NCBI GenBank assembly: GCA_964016885.1
Contig: OZ024742.1
Span: 305,784,001-305,848,000, forward strand
Reading direction: 5' to 3'
Source: Eledone cirrhosa
Lineage: Eukaryota
DNA length: 64,000 nucleotides
The translations under genes and the position numbers were made by a program. Below are positions 1 through 12,653 of this stretch, one piece after another. The notes beneath the pieces are model-generated. The model searched no databases and was not told the DNA's origin. It worked only from the letters and a program-made list of their open reading frames with translations. Every line of letters starts with the position of its first letter. The stretch's first letter is position 1.

Positions 1-114
1 CCCTGTGCCAATAGTAGAATCAATTGTTCATAACCATCTGAAACCTTACAGAACCTCATTTGCGCGCCATATCATTCTTGAGTCTCTTCTTCTTTTTATG
101 GAACGGGCCTCGAT

Positions 115-430
115 AGTTTTCGATGGTGAGCATTCCAGTTGTTCGATCAAATGAACAGCCTGTTCGTGAAATTTAACGTGTTCATACTCTACCAACGCCT
201 ATACATTTAACATAATTTCCAGAGAGATTCAGCGAGATACACAAGTACGACAAATCTGTCTCCTTCAATTATAGACACAGTATATCCGGCGGTCTTCCAA
301 ACAGCTTCTACCAACAAATTTCCCTCACAAAGCGTAGGTTGAACTGAGACTAAAGTAAATGCTACTTCTGTAAGAGATCACGCAATGGGATCGAATAGAG
401 AGCTTAATGATTGCACAATGAACATATTAG
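115..430 (-). mobile_element. Older, diverged SINE family
   Basis: Shared blocks with ~9100-9360, 11180-11400, 21590-21870 (+), 35950-36110 and 60340-60630. The tRNA-like head is at the high-coordinate end. Confidence 0.5.
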
Positions 431-457
431 TCATTTGCGTATTCTGCGTTCATCCTT

Positions 458-501
<44 letters not shown>

Positions 502-535
502 TGGTGCTACTGGTAACAACCTGTCAGTACAACCT

Positions 536-1096
536 GTCTCATGGTCGGGTCGTTGGCGACTAAACTGGCAACCCCACCAAGGTTTCTCCGTGAGGAGGGT
601 GACTTTGGACATCCGGCAGGACTAAAAACAAAACCTGTCAAAGGGCAAAGGAGCTCTTAAGATCCAATGGCCATCCAAAATCACCCGGAGATATGACCCC
701 TTAGCCTTTGTCAAGGTAGAATTCTAGGAGAAGGAAAACTCTGATATAACACCTGCAACCATGATGATATCCAAAGATGTTGATTTGTTCTTCTCTTTGG
801 TAAATATCATCTTGGTTAAGAGAGTGGGCCTGGCTTTGTGCAGTGTCTTTGCTCACTATAAAAGCTTCACGGCACAGGCATTGCTTTATATCTGGAGATC
901 GCTCTGCACTTGTCGTCTCATGGTACCATGGGCCCACCACTATGTGTCAATAATTGTCACAAGTGTAGTGTTTGTACCAGACTTTTCAGGTCGCCGGGTG
1001 GACTAAAATGTCACACTCGTTCAGCGCATCGGTAGGGGTTCTCCTACATGGATATAAAGTAGTGGCCGTACTCGAAAACGAGTTGGCAGCCACCAT
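536..1096 (+). mobile_element. Non-autonomous bipartite RTE-type LINE derivative (5'UTR-like part plus 3' zinc-finger end), copy 1
   Basis: Near-identical to 6841-7401. 958-1035 reads [25 protein letters not shown] (C2H2). Ends in ctcgaaaacgag...gcagccaccat followed by a microsatellite tail. Confidence 0.65.
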
Positions 1097-1141
1097 ATAT
1101 ATATATATATAAATACATAAATGTGTGTATATATATATATG

Positions 1142-1205
<64 letters not shown>

Positions 1206-1221
1206 TATAGATATATATATA

Positions 1222-1401
1222 GGAACAAGTAAGACCCCGACAGCTGAGCTCAAGCCGTTTCGACGGCTAATTAGCCGTCGAAACGGCTTGAGCTCAGCTG
1301 TCGGGGTCTTACTTGTTCCTATTACCCACTCTACTACCCTAAGTATTGAGTACTTTGGTGCGTTATGGTCCACCTGGTTCCTTACCACATTTCCTTCGTT
1401 A
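1222..1401 (+). mobile_element. Fold-back short element in (TA)n carrying the 3' half of a hammerhead (family P), copy A
   Basis: Perfect palindrome 1222-1319 plus an ~80-nt unique tail ending ccttcgtta(TA)n. Seven copies in the window. Confidence 0.8.
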
Positions 1402-1412
1402 GATATATATAT

Positions 1413-2547
1413 ATATTTATTAAAATAACAGATTAAAGTTTAAGCAAAGAATCGCTGCTTTCACCCTTAACGGGATCTTCTGAAACTAACAAAGTCAATC
1501 TGTAAACGCAGAACTGAATATTTCAAAAAACGTTGCAACCGGAGGAAAACAGGAAAACGATACTTTGGTTCGTGGAAACGTTCGCTGGCAAAGAACGGGA
1601 AAAAACGAATATAATACGTCATTAATAGGAGCGGTGAAAAACAATTACGCGCAAAGACAGAACCACGTTTATGGTATAAAAGAGGTCGTAGACTAAAGTT
1701 CTCTTAGGTGGTGCATAGAGACGTTCTCTGGCAATGAACGAAAAAATGAAGATAATACGTCATATGTGGAGCGTGGAGAACAATAGCACGCAAAGACAAA
1801 ACCACGTAAATGGTATAGCAGAAGTCGTAGACTAAAATACTAACTAGGAGACCAAATGAATCTCCGCTACAGAGTTAAGAACAAAGTAAATAAATACAAT
1901 ACAGAAGTAATAGAAATAAATAAATACATACACGCAAACATGTATGTATTTATTTATTTCTATTACTTCTGTATTGTATTTATTTACTTTGTTCTTAACT
2001 CTGTAGCGGAGATTCATTTGGTCTCCTAGTTAGTATTTTAGTCTACGACTTCTGCTATACCATTTACGTGGTTTTGTCTTTGCGTGCTATTGTTCTCCAC
2101 GCTCCACATATGACGTATTATCTTCATTTTTTCGATCATTGCCAGAGAACGTGTTTATGCACCACCTAAGAGAACTTTAGTCTACGACCTCTTTTATACC
2201 ATAAACGTGGTTCTGTCTTTGCGCGTAATTGTTTTTCACCGCTCCTATTAATGACGTATTATATTCGTTTTTGTCCCGTTCTTTGCCAGCGAACGTTTCC
2301 ACGAACCAAAGTATCGTCTTCCTGTTTTCCTCCGGTTGCAACGTTTTTTGAAATATCCAGTTCTGCGTTTACAGATTGACTTTGTTAGTTTCAGAAGATC
2401 CCGTTAAGGGTGAAAGCAGCGATTCTTTGCTTAAACTTTCATCTGTTATTTTAATAAATATTTGCTCTACGGTTCTTATATATTTGATATATATTTATCC
2501 TTATCGAGCCCTCTTTGGATTTTAGTCTTCAAATTTATTATTATTAC

Positions 2548-2548
<1 letters not shown>
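1413..2548. mobile_element. ~1.05 kb near-perfect palindrome with a 3' extension; probable inverted PLE pseudo-LTR
   Basis: Arms 1413-1932 and 1941-2461 with an 8-nt loop and only a handful of mismatches. Each arm has an ~140-nt internal tandem duplication and an HHR-like motif. The right arm extends to ttcaaatttattattattac(TA)n, and the same terminus recurs at about 36120-36147. Confidence 0.75.
2387..2437 (+). ncRNA. Type I hammerhead-like motif with variant core (CAGAAGA); mirror copy at 1437-1487 (-)
   Basis: AGTTT-CAGAAGA-T-CCC gttaa GGG-T-GAAA-GCA gcgattctt TGC-TT-AAACT. All three stems pair; core U4 is A. Confidence 0.55.
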
Positions 2549-2578
<30 letters not shown>

Positions 2579-2600
2579 ATACTTTGGGAGGGTCATGTTG

Positions 2601-2658
<58 letters not shown>

Positions 2659-2660
<2 letters not shown>

Positions 2661-2842
2661 AACCAGTAAGATCCCGACGGCTGAGCTCAAGCCGTTTCCA
2701 CGGCTAATTCAGAATTAGCCGTCGAAACGGCTTGAGCTCAGCCGTGAGGGTCTTACTGGTTCCTATTACCCACTCTACTACCCTAAGTATTGAGTACTTT
2801 GGTGCGTTATGGTCCACCTGGTTCCTTACCACATTTCCTTCG

Positions 2843-2845
<3 letters not shown>
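2659..2845 (+). mobile_element. Family P fold-back element, copy B
   Basis: Same palindrome-plus-tail structure, flanked by (TA)n. Confidence 0.8.
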
Positions 2846-2889
<44 letters not shown>

Positions 2890-2986
2890 GAAATATATAT
2901 AATGAAATATATATAATGAAATAAATATGGTTTTATAAATATAGTTTCCATTTATTTAATATTATATATATATATATATATATATC

Positions 2987-3330
2987 GAAAGTCTCCCTGG
3001 CTGCTAATTGATTTGAGATCCTACGACTGATGTTAAAAACTAAGTTTTTAAAACACCAGGGGGTGGCATGTGTCTTTATGAATATATTTCAATGTTTCAT
3101 TAGACTTATGGTATGGTTAATACGAAGTTGTTGTCAGCTTTAACTTCACATCTAGGGAATTTGCGTTAAGAGGAAAATCAGCTTCGTAGAATCGAGACGT
3201 ATCCGAGGACCGCGCGATTTCAGAGTCAGGTTTGCTTACCACATCGATCGTGCCTCGAGCTGGTCGCCCGAGAAACAATTGTAATATGTCCAATAAATTA
3301 CTTTCGTCGCAACACTGATTCTCTTTTTTT
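2987..3330. repeat. Unclassified dispersed repeat in (TA)n
   Basis: 3170-3315 is the reverse complement of 45468-45612. Confidence 0.7.
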
Positions 3331-3347
3331 TCTGTGATATATATATA

Positions 3348-3763
<416 letters not shown>

Positions 3764-3796
3764 TTTTAGACCGATGTAAATATATATTTATACATA

Positions 3797-3859
3797 TGAG
3801 AAGAGGGAGGAACGAAAACAAATAAGAAAATAAACACACATGCATATTCAGTCAGCCGT

Positions 3860-3890
<31 letters not shown>

Positions 3891-4038
3891 ATGTATATAT
3901 TTAATATAGAAAAGGCTTCTACAGGACTTGAACTTTTACATTCGGGAGAAATCATATATATATATATATATATAATGGCTGACTGAATATGCATGTGTGT
4001 TTATTTTCTTATTTGTTTCAGTTCCTTCCTCTTCTCAC
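3797..4038. repeat. ~70-bp inverted repeat around a TA/TG microsatellite spacer
   Basis: tgagaagagg...cagtcagccgtta (3797-3861) is complementary to taatggctgactg...cctcttctca (3973-4037). Confidence 0.75.
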
Positions 4039-4249
4039 AATATTTCTTCGTACTTCCTCTTTTATTTCTCATTCTATTTTCTGATAAATGATTAGTGTCC
4101 GAATCGTAAAGTCTCTTTCCATGCTATATCAAACGTTAAACAAATATATTTCTTCATTGTACTGTGTCGTTTCCTTTTACATTCCCACTCACTTTTTGCA
4201 AACTGATATATGTCTGTGTGTATGTGTGTGTTTTGTGTGTGTATATATA

Positions 4250-4374
4250 CCGTATTTTCTTCGTCCTCGAGGACGCACCCTAATTTTGACAACCAAAAGT
4301 TTGAAAAAAAATAATAAAGAAACTTCGGCCTCCAGGAAGCATGGTAGATTTGAGACTTATTTTAGGTAATACGG
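4250..4374. mobile_element. Tc1/mariner (pogo/Tigger-like) MITE
   Basis: TA|CCGTATT...AATACGG|TA termini with a TA target duplication. Confidence 0.55.
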
Positions 4375-4786
4375 TATATATATAATACGGTATGTTTATA
4401 TATTTATGTGTGTCCATGCATACAAACCTGATAGGTATCTGTTTATATATGCAAGGGAAGAGATGATTTTATTTACTCCTGAAACTGCAAGGACTGATTA
4501 CAGCGTTAAAAGAAACTTTAGTTTGGAATCGTGACTTCATATACACATAAAGATACTAAGGCGCTGTACACTCTGTCCCTAAATCTGAACGGACCATTCT
4601 GAACGTGATCGCAAATGAACATTGCACTACTATTGCTGGACCTTTTAATTGCAGGGAAAATCCATTAGACGAGTTTCCGCGCAGTTTCATTCTAACCTAA
4701 TTCACCCAAATGTTTCTGTCATATAACCATGACAAAGATACTCGGAATCGAAATACGAATGTCACTATTGGTCTTCTTAAGCACCC

Positions 4787-4833
<47 letters not shown>

Positions 4834-5169
4834 TGTATGTATGTATGTATGTATATGCATGTTTGAGAGAGAGTAAGAGAGATGGCTAATTCCTCAATAA
4901 ACACACATACACATTTATATATATGAATAGACACACGCCTATGACCATGGAATAAATATAAATAGCTGATTGGATTGACTATGTTTGCTTATGTTTATTT
5001 GTTTTTTATATGTGCCTGTTTCTATTTCTACTCAGTATTTCTAAAGGAAGACAGTTGAAATTTGTGTTTTACATTCGCTATTCTACATATTTGGGTAGTA
5101 TTACTAATGATCCATGTATATAGCTGTTTCAATGCATGTAATTATTTTATCCAACTATTTCTCTCTCCC

Positions 5170-5239
<70 letters not shown>

Positions 5240-5341
5240 ATATATGTGGGTTTGTGTGTGTGCGTGAGCGAGTGTGTATGTGTGAAATGTATCTCGATCA
5301 CAGACTTTTATATACATGCATGTACGCATGTATTTCTGTAC

Positions 5342-5418
<77 letters not shown>

Positions 5419-6125
5419 CATACCTTCCTCCATAGATACACACATACTTGCATTTAATTGCACTTTTATTGTTCTGTTACTCTGTACAGTTATTAAATGT
5501 TGACAGTAAGTGCTTTTGGCATGTAACTATAAACATATTCTACCATGACAACACTTCTAAATAGACCAGGAGAACTTTCATTTTTTGTCTTTATTTACGA
5601 CAACATCATCTGTGTCCTGTTGATGTTACATTTTAGCTGAATTCTACACGTCTATGGATGGTTGAAATAAATGCATGGTTAGCGAATGTAGGAGATTTTG
5701 TGTGAGATAATTGTATAGTGAAAATAAGCAAGTGATATGAGTGTTGTGGTATTTTGTATGTTGTACGTGTCTGGTAGAATTGCGCTTGACAACTCTCTAT
5801 GCACATTTATATACTTATAATATAATATTATAATTTGCAACATTGGAATCAAATTTGATATAAAAACAAAGCACACACAAACACAGGCATACCTCCCACA
5901 CAGACAAACACACACAAATGTTTATAGTTTTCTGATTTTAATTCTAAGCAATAGCGACAGAGCCACTTTCTAACAGAGACAAAAAACTTTCATTGGAATT
6001 TAGTCAACACGTATGTATGTATGTATGTATGTATGTATGTATGTATGTATGTATGTATGTATGTATGTATGTATGTATGTATGTATGTATGTATGTATGT
6101 ATGTATGTATGTATGTATGTATGTA

Positions 6126-6425
6126 TGTGCGAGACTCTGTGCGAGACTCTGCCTAAGCAAAGCTGGACTCGAAAGTCATCTTCGCAGTCATAAAGTAAGA
6201 CCAGTGGTTGACGACCAGGCTGCTGTTGGAGATACTACTCATCATGCTTGCCAAGCATGTTGTAGAGAATGTAAATCAGCAGGAGAGCTCAAACGACATG
6301 CAAAAGTACACGAACTCCAAACACAGCCGGCTATTCCCAGTGAATGTTTTGGTTGCCGACTCTGTGCAAGACATTTTAGATCATTGGTTGGGTTAAAAAG
6401 CCACATTCGATCGCAGCGCTGTTAG
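6126..6425 (+). mobile_element. 5'-truncated RTE-type LINE 3' end with three C2H2 zinc fingers
   Basis: [18 protein letters not shown] / CQACCRECKSAGELKRHAKVH / CRLCARHFRSLVGLKSHIRS then stop. Begins directly from an (ATGT)n tract and has no splice acceptor. Confidence 0.6.
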
Positions 6426-6471
6426 TTGCTATCGTGTGTGTGTGTATGTATAGATATGTTTATGTGTGTGC

Positions 6472-6541
<70 letters not shown>

Positions 6542-6840
6542 ATTGTTGTTGTTGTCGTTATTATTATTGTTGTTATTATTATTATTATTGTTATTAATAT
6601 ATATGTATATATATATTTTTTTTCTCGTGCAATGGCCATACTCGATAACGAGGGGGCAGCCATCATGTATGTATGTATGTATGTATGTATGTATGTATGT
6701 ATGTATGAATCTATGTAGGTATGTATGCATGTATATATGTGTGTATGTATTTATGCATATGTATGTGTGTATGTATTTATGTATGTATGTATGTATATAT
6801 GTATGTGCGTATGTATTTATATCTGCATGTATGTATGTAT

Positions 6841-7401
6841 GTCTCATGGTCGGGTCGTTGGCGACTAAACTGGCAACCCCACCAAGGTTTCTTGGTGACG
6901 AGGGTGACTTTGGACATCCTGCAGGACTAAAAACAAAACCTGTCAAAGGGCAAAGGAGTTCTTAAGAGTCAATGGCCATCCAAAATCACCCGGAGATATG
7001 AACCCTTAGCCTTTGTCAAGGCAGAATTCTAGGAGAAGGAAAACTCTGATATAACACCTGCAACCCTGATGGTATCCAATGATGTTGACTTGTTCTTCTT
7101 TATGGTAAATATCATCTTGGTTAAGAGAGAGGGGCTGGCTCTGTGCAGTGCCTTTGCTCACTATAAAACCTTCACGGCACAGGCATTGCTTTATATCTGG
7201 AGATATCTCTGCACTTATCGTCACATGATTCCATGGGCCTAGCACTATGTGTCAATAATTGTAACAAGTGTAGTGTTTGTACCAGAGTTTTCAAGTCGCT
7301 GGCTGGACTAAAATGTCACACCCGTTCAGCGCATCGGTAGGGGTTCTCCTACATGGATATAAAGTAGTGGCCGTACTCGAAAACGAGTTGGCAGCCACCA
7401 T
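6841..7401 (+). mobile_element. Non-autonomous bipartite RTE-type LINE derivative, copy 2
   Basis: Direct repeat of 536-1096, flanked by (ATGT)n-like tracts. A further 3'-end fragment lies at about 6630-6666. Confidence 0.65.
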
Positions 7402-7689
7402 GTATTTATTTATGTATGTATTTATGTATGTATTCGTAAAGGTCTCTGTGCGATTGTCTTTATTAGTTGATATTTAGCCCCAGGTATACACTGACATAGC
7501 AGAACCTTTGATAATAGATTTTAGAGCCGTCATCATATCATTTGTTATTCACACATGATAATATATATATAACTGCATTATGCAGTATTTACTTGTATTT
7601 TTAAGGTGATAAATATCTGATGTGATGGTGATAGATCTTCTATATCTCGCTGGTAGACCAGCCATGAATAAGCTTCTTCGTTGATTTAT

Positions 7690-8110
7690 TACTCATTATT
7701 ATTGTTTGAATGTAGTCTTTGTCTTGTCGTATAACATATGCACAATGGTTCAAGGGACATTTCGAGATTGGTGAGGCAGACTAAGACGTCATGTATACTG
7801 TTATGGATCGCTTCAATGCAGGCTTCTGAGAAACGTCTGAGGGGGCAATCCTGAACAATATACAGTACTGTTTGCTCAGGGACCCACAATCACATTCTGC
7901 GCTGTCTCTTATTATCGATCGAATTGAGATGATGGGCTGTCCTGTTATATGTTATACGAATCCGATTAAAGAACACCCATTGCTTTCTCGGAAGTTCAAA
8001 GCCGGCTGGTTCAATTGTTTGGTCCTGGATGAGATTGGTTGGCAAATTTTGACTCATTCGCCACTCTTCCATAAGATCAACGTTTTTTTCTTTTTGAAAA
8101 AGGGACTCTA
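7690..8110 (-). mobile_element. Degenerate 3' fragment of an Ingi/Vingi-like LINE
   Basis: PAGFELPRKQWVFFNRIR...EQTVLYIVQDCPLRRF resembles the C-terminal region of Vingi-type elements. Ends in a short (TAA)n. Confidence 0.5.
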
Positions 8111-8264
8111 TTGATTCTCAGAATGGTTTGCATGATTTCAGGAAGATTTCTGCTACGTGTCGCAGATTTGCAATATATTTGTATGGTGTTTAAGACAATA
8201 GATCACGATGTCTTTGCGTTTTTGTACATTATTTTAAGCTTTAGTTTTATTTTTGTCATTTCAG

Positions 8265-8766
8265 GCGAGTGCAGTTCAGCAGTTAAATAACAGTGGCGTA
8301 CTAGGTGGAGTTGGTGGAAATTCAGGTGGCGGTAATATAGGAGGAAATAACAACAGTAACAACAGCAACAGCAACAACAGCAACAGTAGCAACAATAATA
8401 ACAACAGCAGTAATAACAACAACAGTGGATCTGGTGCCGGCGGAAACGGAAGTGGAGGTTGTGCGACCCCATCGGGTCAGAATGCTAACAGCCAGAACAC
8501 TGCCCATCAGTTGTCTTCGGCCAACCAAGCGCAATCACAATCTCAAACGGGCAGCCATGACCGATCCGTAGTTTCCAGCACGGGAAACGACTTTATACGA
8601 CATCAACCTCCGACCTTTCGACCTCCGCCGGAGTTCCATCCTCCATTTTTTCCCAATAGCAATGGTATTTTCCGACCGGGTTTCACGACAGGCTATCAGC
8701 ACCCAGCTCACCATCACCCACCCGTGATTCAACATACTCCTATTCAACACAACTCAGTCCAAAACG
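8265..8766 (+). CDS. Internal coding exon of a host gene; low-complexity Gly/Asn/Ser then Pro/His-rich segment, transcription-factor-like (possibly AP-2-like)
   Basis: Pyrimidine-rich acceptor ttttgtcatttcag|GCG at 8264/8265, a 502-nt open frame with higher GC (ASAVQQLNNSG...PPTFRPPPEFHPPFFP...HNSVQN), and donor G|gtaagt at 8766/8767. EFHPPFFP resembles the DFQPPYFPPP motif of AP-2 proteins, but identity is unconfirmed. Confidence 0.8.
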
Positions 8767-9746
8767 GTAAGTTTAACTTCTTTCTTCGTATTAAGGAATG
8801 CCATTGAAATGGTGGCTTCTGTGGAACGAGAACTGTGGAACTAGATTCGCAAATATTCATCTTTATTTGTTTCAATATTTTCTATCCAGCAGACACTTTG
8901 ATCTTATCTAAGCAACACATCTGCTCAAAATCAATAGCGTGAATGAAACTCAGATTTGTTGTATGTTATGTGTGTAATAATCAATCATTTACATTTTAAT
9001 AAATGATAAACTATTTAAGTATTTCAAAGCTGATGATGCTCCGTCGTCTTCAACATTGAGTATTTAGTTATTTATGAGCTGAATACTCTATACCATCAAT
9101 TAACGCTTACATGGCTGACTATTCCACAGATATATGTACCCTTAACCTTACGCCAAAATCCAACCGGAGTAACAAAATGAGACACAGCTGGAAGCTTAAA
9201 TTAGTGTTACAACCTATTAGGAAAATTTCCAAGTTTCCGTCCATAAAATGTTAATTAGATGGCTTAGATTGACTCGATGCTATGGTAAAAACATTGACCC
9301 AAATAAGGCCATGAAATGGGATTAAATATCAAGTTATGGTGACAAGTATCTATATAACTCATAGCTCATTTTCTTCCTCTTTTTTAAAGTATTTTCTATC
9401 AAATCAAACTAAACTAATCAGTACTTGTTATATTTTCTTTATATACATTGTATATATGTAGTCAGTAGGAAGTGCAACGGCTTATAGGACATACTCTTCT
9501 AATATAGGTTTTCTTTGTCCTGAGATAACATCTATTTTTCTTTGATAGGCTATACTGATAGAAGAGAAACAATGTATTATCGGCAACTTGCTGTTAAGAT
9601 GCCGGGAAACCATTTCATTGTACTTCCTGGGATTACCTTCAGGATTACGTTTATAAATCCACAAAAGAGATTTTGATAAAGTACAGATAAGATGAAAATA
9701 GAAGTGAATCATGTGTACCTACCTACCTACATATACACACACAGGA

Positions 9747-9853
<107 letters not shown>

Positions 9854-10640
9854 TATGTATATATATATATATATAAGTATATATAAGTGTGTGTATATAT
9901 ATATATATATATATAGATAGATAGATATATAGGAATTATAGGTTCTATAAAAGTGCATACAAAAGGAAGATGTCGAAGAAAACGGGGATTATGGAAGGTA
10001 TCCCATAATAGAGGAAAGAGGATATCCCGTGCAGATTAATTAAGGAAGCAGAAAGTCGTGATGAATGATCCTTTCTTCTCATGATTTGGGTTCCAAGGAT
10101 GAAAGTGTACTTGTGGTCCTCCCAAACTAGTCGAATTAATGCAGTTGTTTGAATTTCATAGACAGCCTTAAAAAAAATTAAAGTTCTTGAGAAAAAGATC
10201 TTCACAAGTATATTTTCAAACTAACAATTAACATAAGCTCTTGTATCTACTTGGCAGTTAATCGCAAGTGATAGAATGTTTTGATGTATTTATACCTGCT
10301 ATCAACATTGTTTCTGCATGTAATGCTTTTGGGGTAACGATAAACAAATCACGAATTCAGTGTTATGGGAGATGCTTCACTTATCTTGATCTTTCCCTCT
10401 CCCTCTCTCTCCTTATCTCTCACCCTCCCTTGTTTCTCTCTCTCTCCCTTTCTCACCTTCTCAATTTTTCTCACGAAGAAATGTCATGTTATCACCGCCG
10501 AAATGTTATTGCTTCTGTCTGTGACTACGACCATATTTTCCACCTCATGTATTACCAGTCTATCCCTCCCAACAGAAGTTCTATAACAATGTCTTCTTAA
10601 CACTAATGTTGCCAATGATGTATTCAGCAAATTAAGGGTA

Positions 10641-10810
10641 ATAATTGTTTCTACTTTTGGCACAAGACCAGCAATTACCCAATACATTACTGGTACTTCA
10701 TTTTATCGACGAAAGGCAAAGTAAACCTCAGCGGGACTTGAACTCAAACCATAAAGGGCCGTAACTCTTTGCTGCAAAGCATGGCATCAGACCCTCTACC
10801 GATACTGCCA
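10641..10810 (-). mobile_element. Same SINE family
   Basis: Reverse-complement match to 55671-55850. Confidence 0.7.
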
Positions 10811-11621
10811 ATAATATGGAATTGGTTGTTTATTTTCCTTTTTGAGATTATATGATGTTCTTTAGTTCTTTAAATTGTTTTATTTACATCGACCAAAACC
10901 TTACTGAAGCAGAGACCAAGTGGATAACTGAAGTATCCTTATCGATGTAAACATCTAAATGGCTATTTTTCTTTTCCTTTTTATATTATGCAAACTTTAA
11001 GATAACATTTTCAAACTAAAATACGTGTATCTAGTTTTCATTGTTGTACGTAGGACAATTTAAAATAGGATAATAAATGAAACACAATGTGTGACACCTT
11101 TTAAAGTTTACTTGAGGGTGGAAGTTCTTCGACTTCGTTGGGAAGTAAAGAATCCCTAAACCGAACAACTTGCTTGGATATTTATAAAAAGGTTGATGCC
11201 GGTGAAATGAAGTTGTAGTGTTAAGCTGTTGCAAATCATGTTGTTTACAAAGAATGGCTTCTAAGTTGACGCCTATCCAATTTAATTCACATGGCATTCG
11301 TCAGTACGGGGATATCGTAAAAGATGTTCAAGATGTTGAAAAGTGAGATCGAATCCAGGAACTAATGATTGCGAAACGAACCTCTTAACCATTCAGTCCA
11401 CATAAACACAGCGATACTGTTAACTTGCACAGGGAATAGATAAATAAGGACCTCCTGTTCGTGTTTCAATGCAAAAGAAGGATGTTCCAGTCCTTCCTAC
11501 AAACAGGGAAGACAATTATAAGCATCGAACTCAGACAAGGAAACAAAATAATGGGTAATTACTTCTGACGTGACAATAAGTCAGTGCAGGCACTTATACA
11601 AAGACTACTACTACTACTACA

Positions 11622-11678
<57 letters not shown>

Positions 11679-12266
11679 GGTAATAATAATAATGGTTTCA
11701 GATTTAGGCACAAGACCAAAAATGTTGCGATAGGGGGAAACTCGATTAAATCAACCCTAGCACGTTAACATAGTTCCTGGCTCGAAAATCCTCCTAAACA
11801 GACTGGTTACTTTGATTTCGCCTCAGTGTATGCGTGCGCATGATCCGCTATGTCATGCCCAGAACTCCACATAGAGAGTGCTGGCAGCAGATGGACCGCC
11901 TAACCAATGGAACATGTCCCTTCCAATTTCGTGAGGTGCGAACGGGGGCAAGACACGATGGTCAGGCTGTAGTAGATGGCGGACGCGATATTTGTGTTCG
12001 CCACCTCCAACCGAACTTTCGGGAATAGCTTTCAATCGGTCCATTTAAGTGTGAGAGTGGCCTCGCTGCCCAAAGCCCAAAGATCATGGGGAATCCCTTC
12101 TTCAGGGCGAAGACTAAAGCCCGCTTGGTAACAAAATTCTTAAACAAAAAATGCACAAAACAATATAGATGGATGTACACAAAACTAACAAAGCTTAAAC
12201 AGGCGTAGCTTACCGTTCAGATATGAACAACAAGAATGATGATGATGATGATGATGGTGATGATGG

Positions 12267-12321
<55 letters not shown>

Positions 12322-12603
12322 GGTGGTGGTGGTGGTGGTGGTGGTGGTGGTGGTGGTGGTCAGGTTAATGATCATGAGAAATATTTAAGAACAGTAATTA
12401 GAAAAACAGAAATTGCTGAGATTTCCTTTAAGCCTGTTGCATAGATGTCATTATCACGTGATCTCCAGTTTAGCAAGGGGATCATTAGAAACTGCTGACA
12501 TGTCATCCTGTTGTGTGTATGTGTGTGTGTATGTATATATATATACATATATACAGTATATATATATATATATATATACATAAACGTGTGTTTGGAGGTG
12601 TAC

Positions 12604-12653
<50 letters not shown>

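Noticed and set aside
1222-1401. Recurrent peptide [43 protein letters not shown] as a protein family
   Set aside because: It is the antisense translation of the family P repeat, with no start/stop context; the structural RNA reading explains it better.
6126-6425. Host C2H2 zinc-finger gene exon
   Set aside because: No splice acceptor, no TGEKP linkers, it starts inside (ATGT)n, and it is followed by a LINE-type 3' end.
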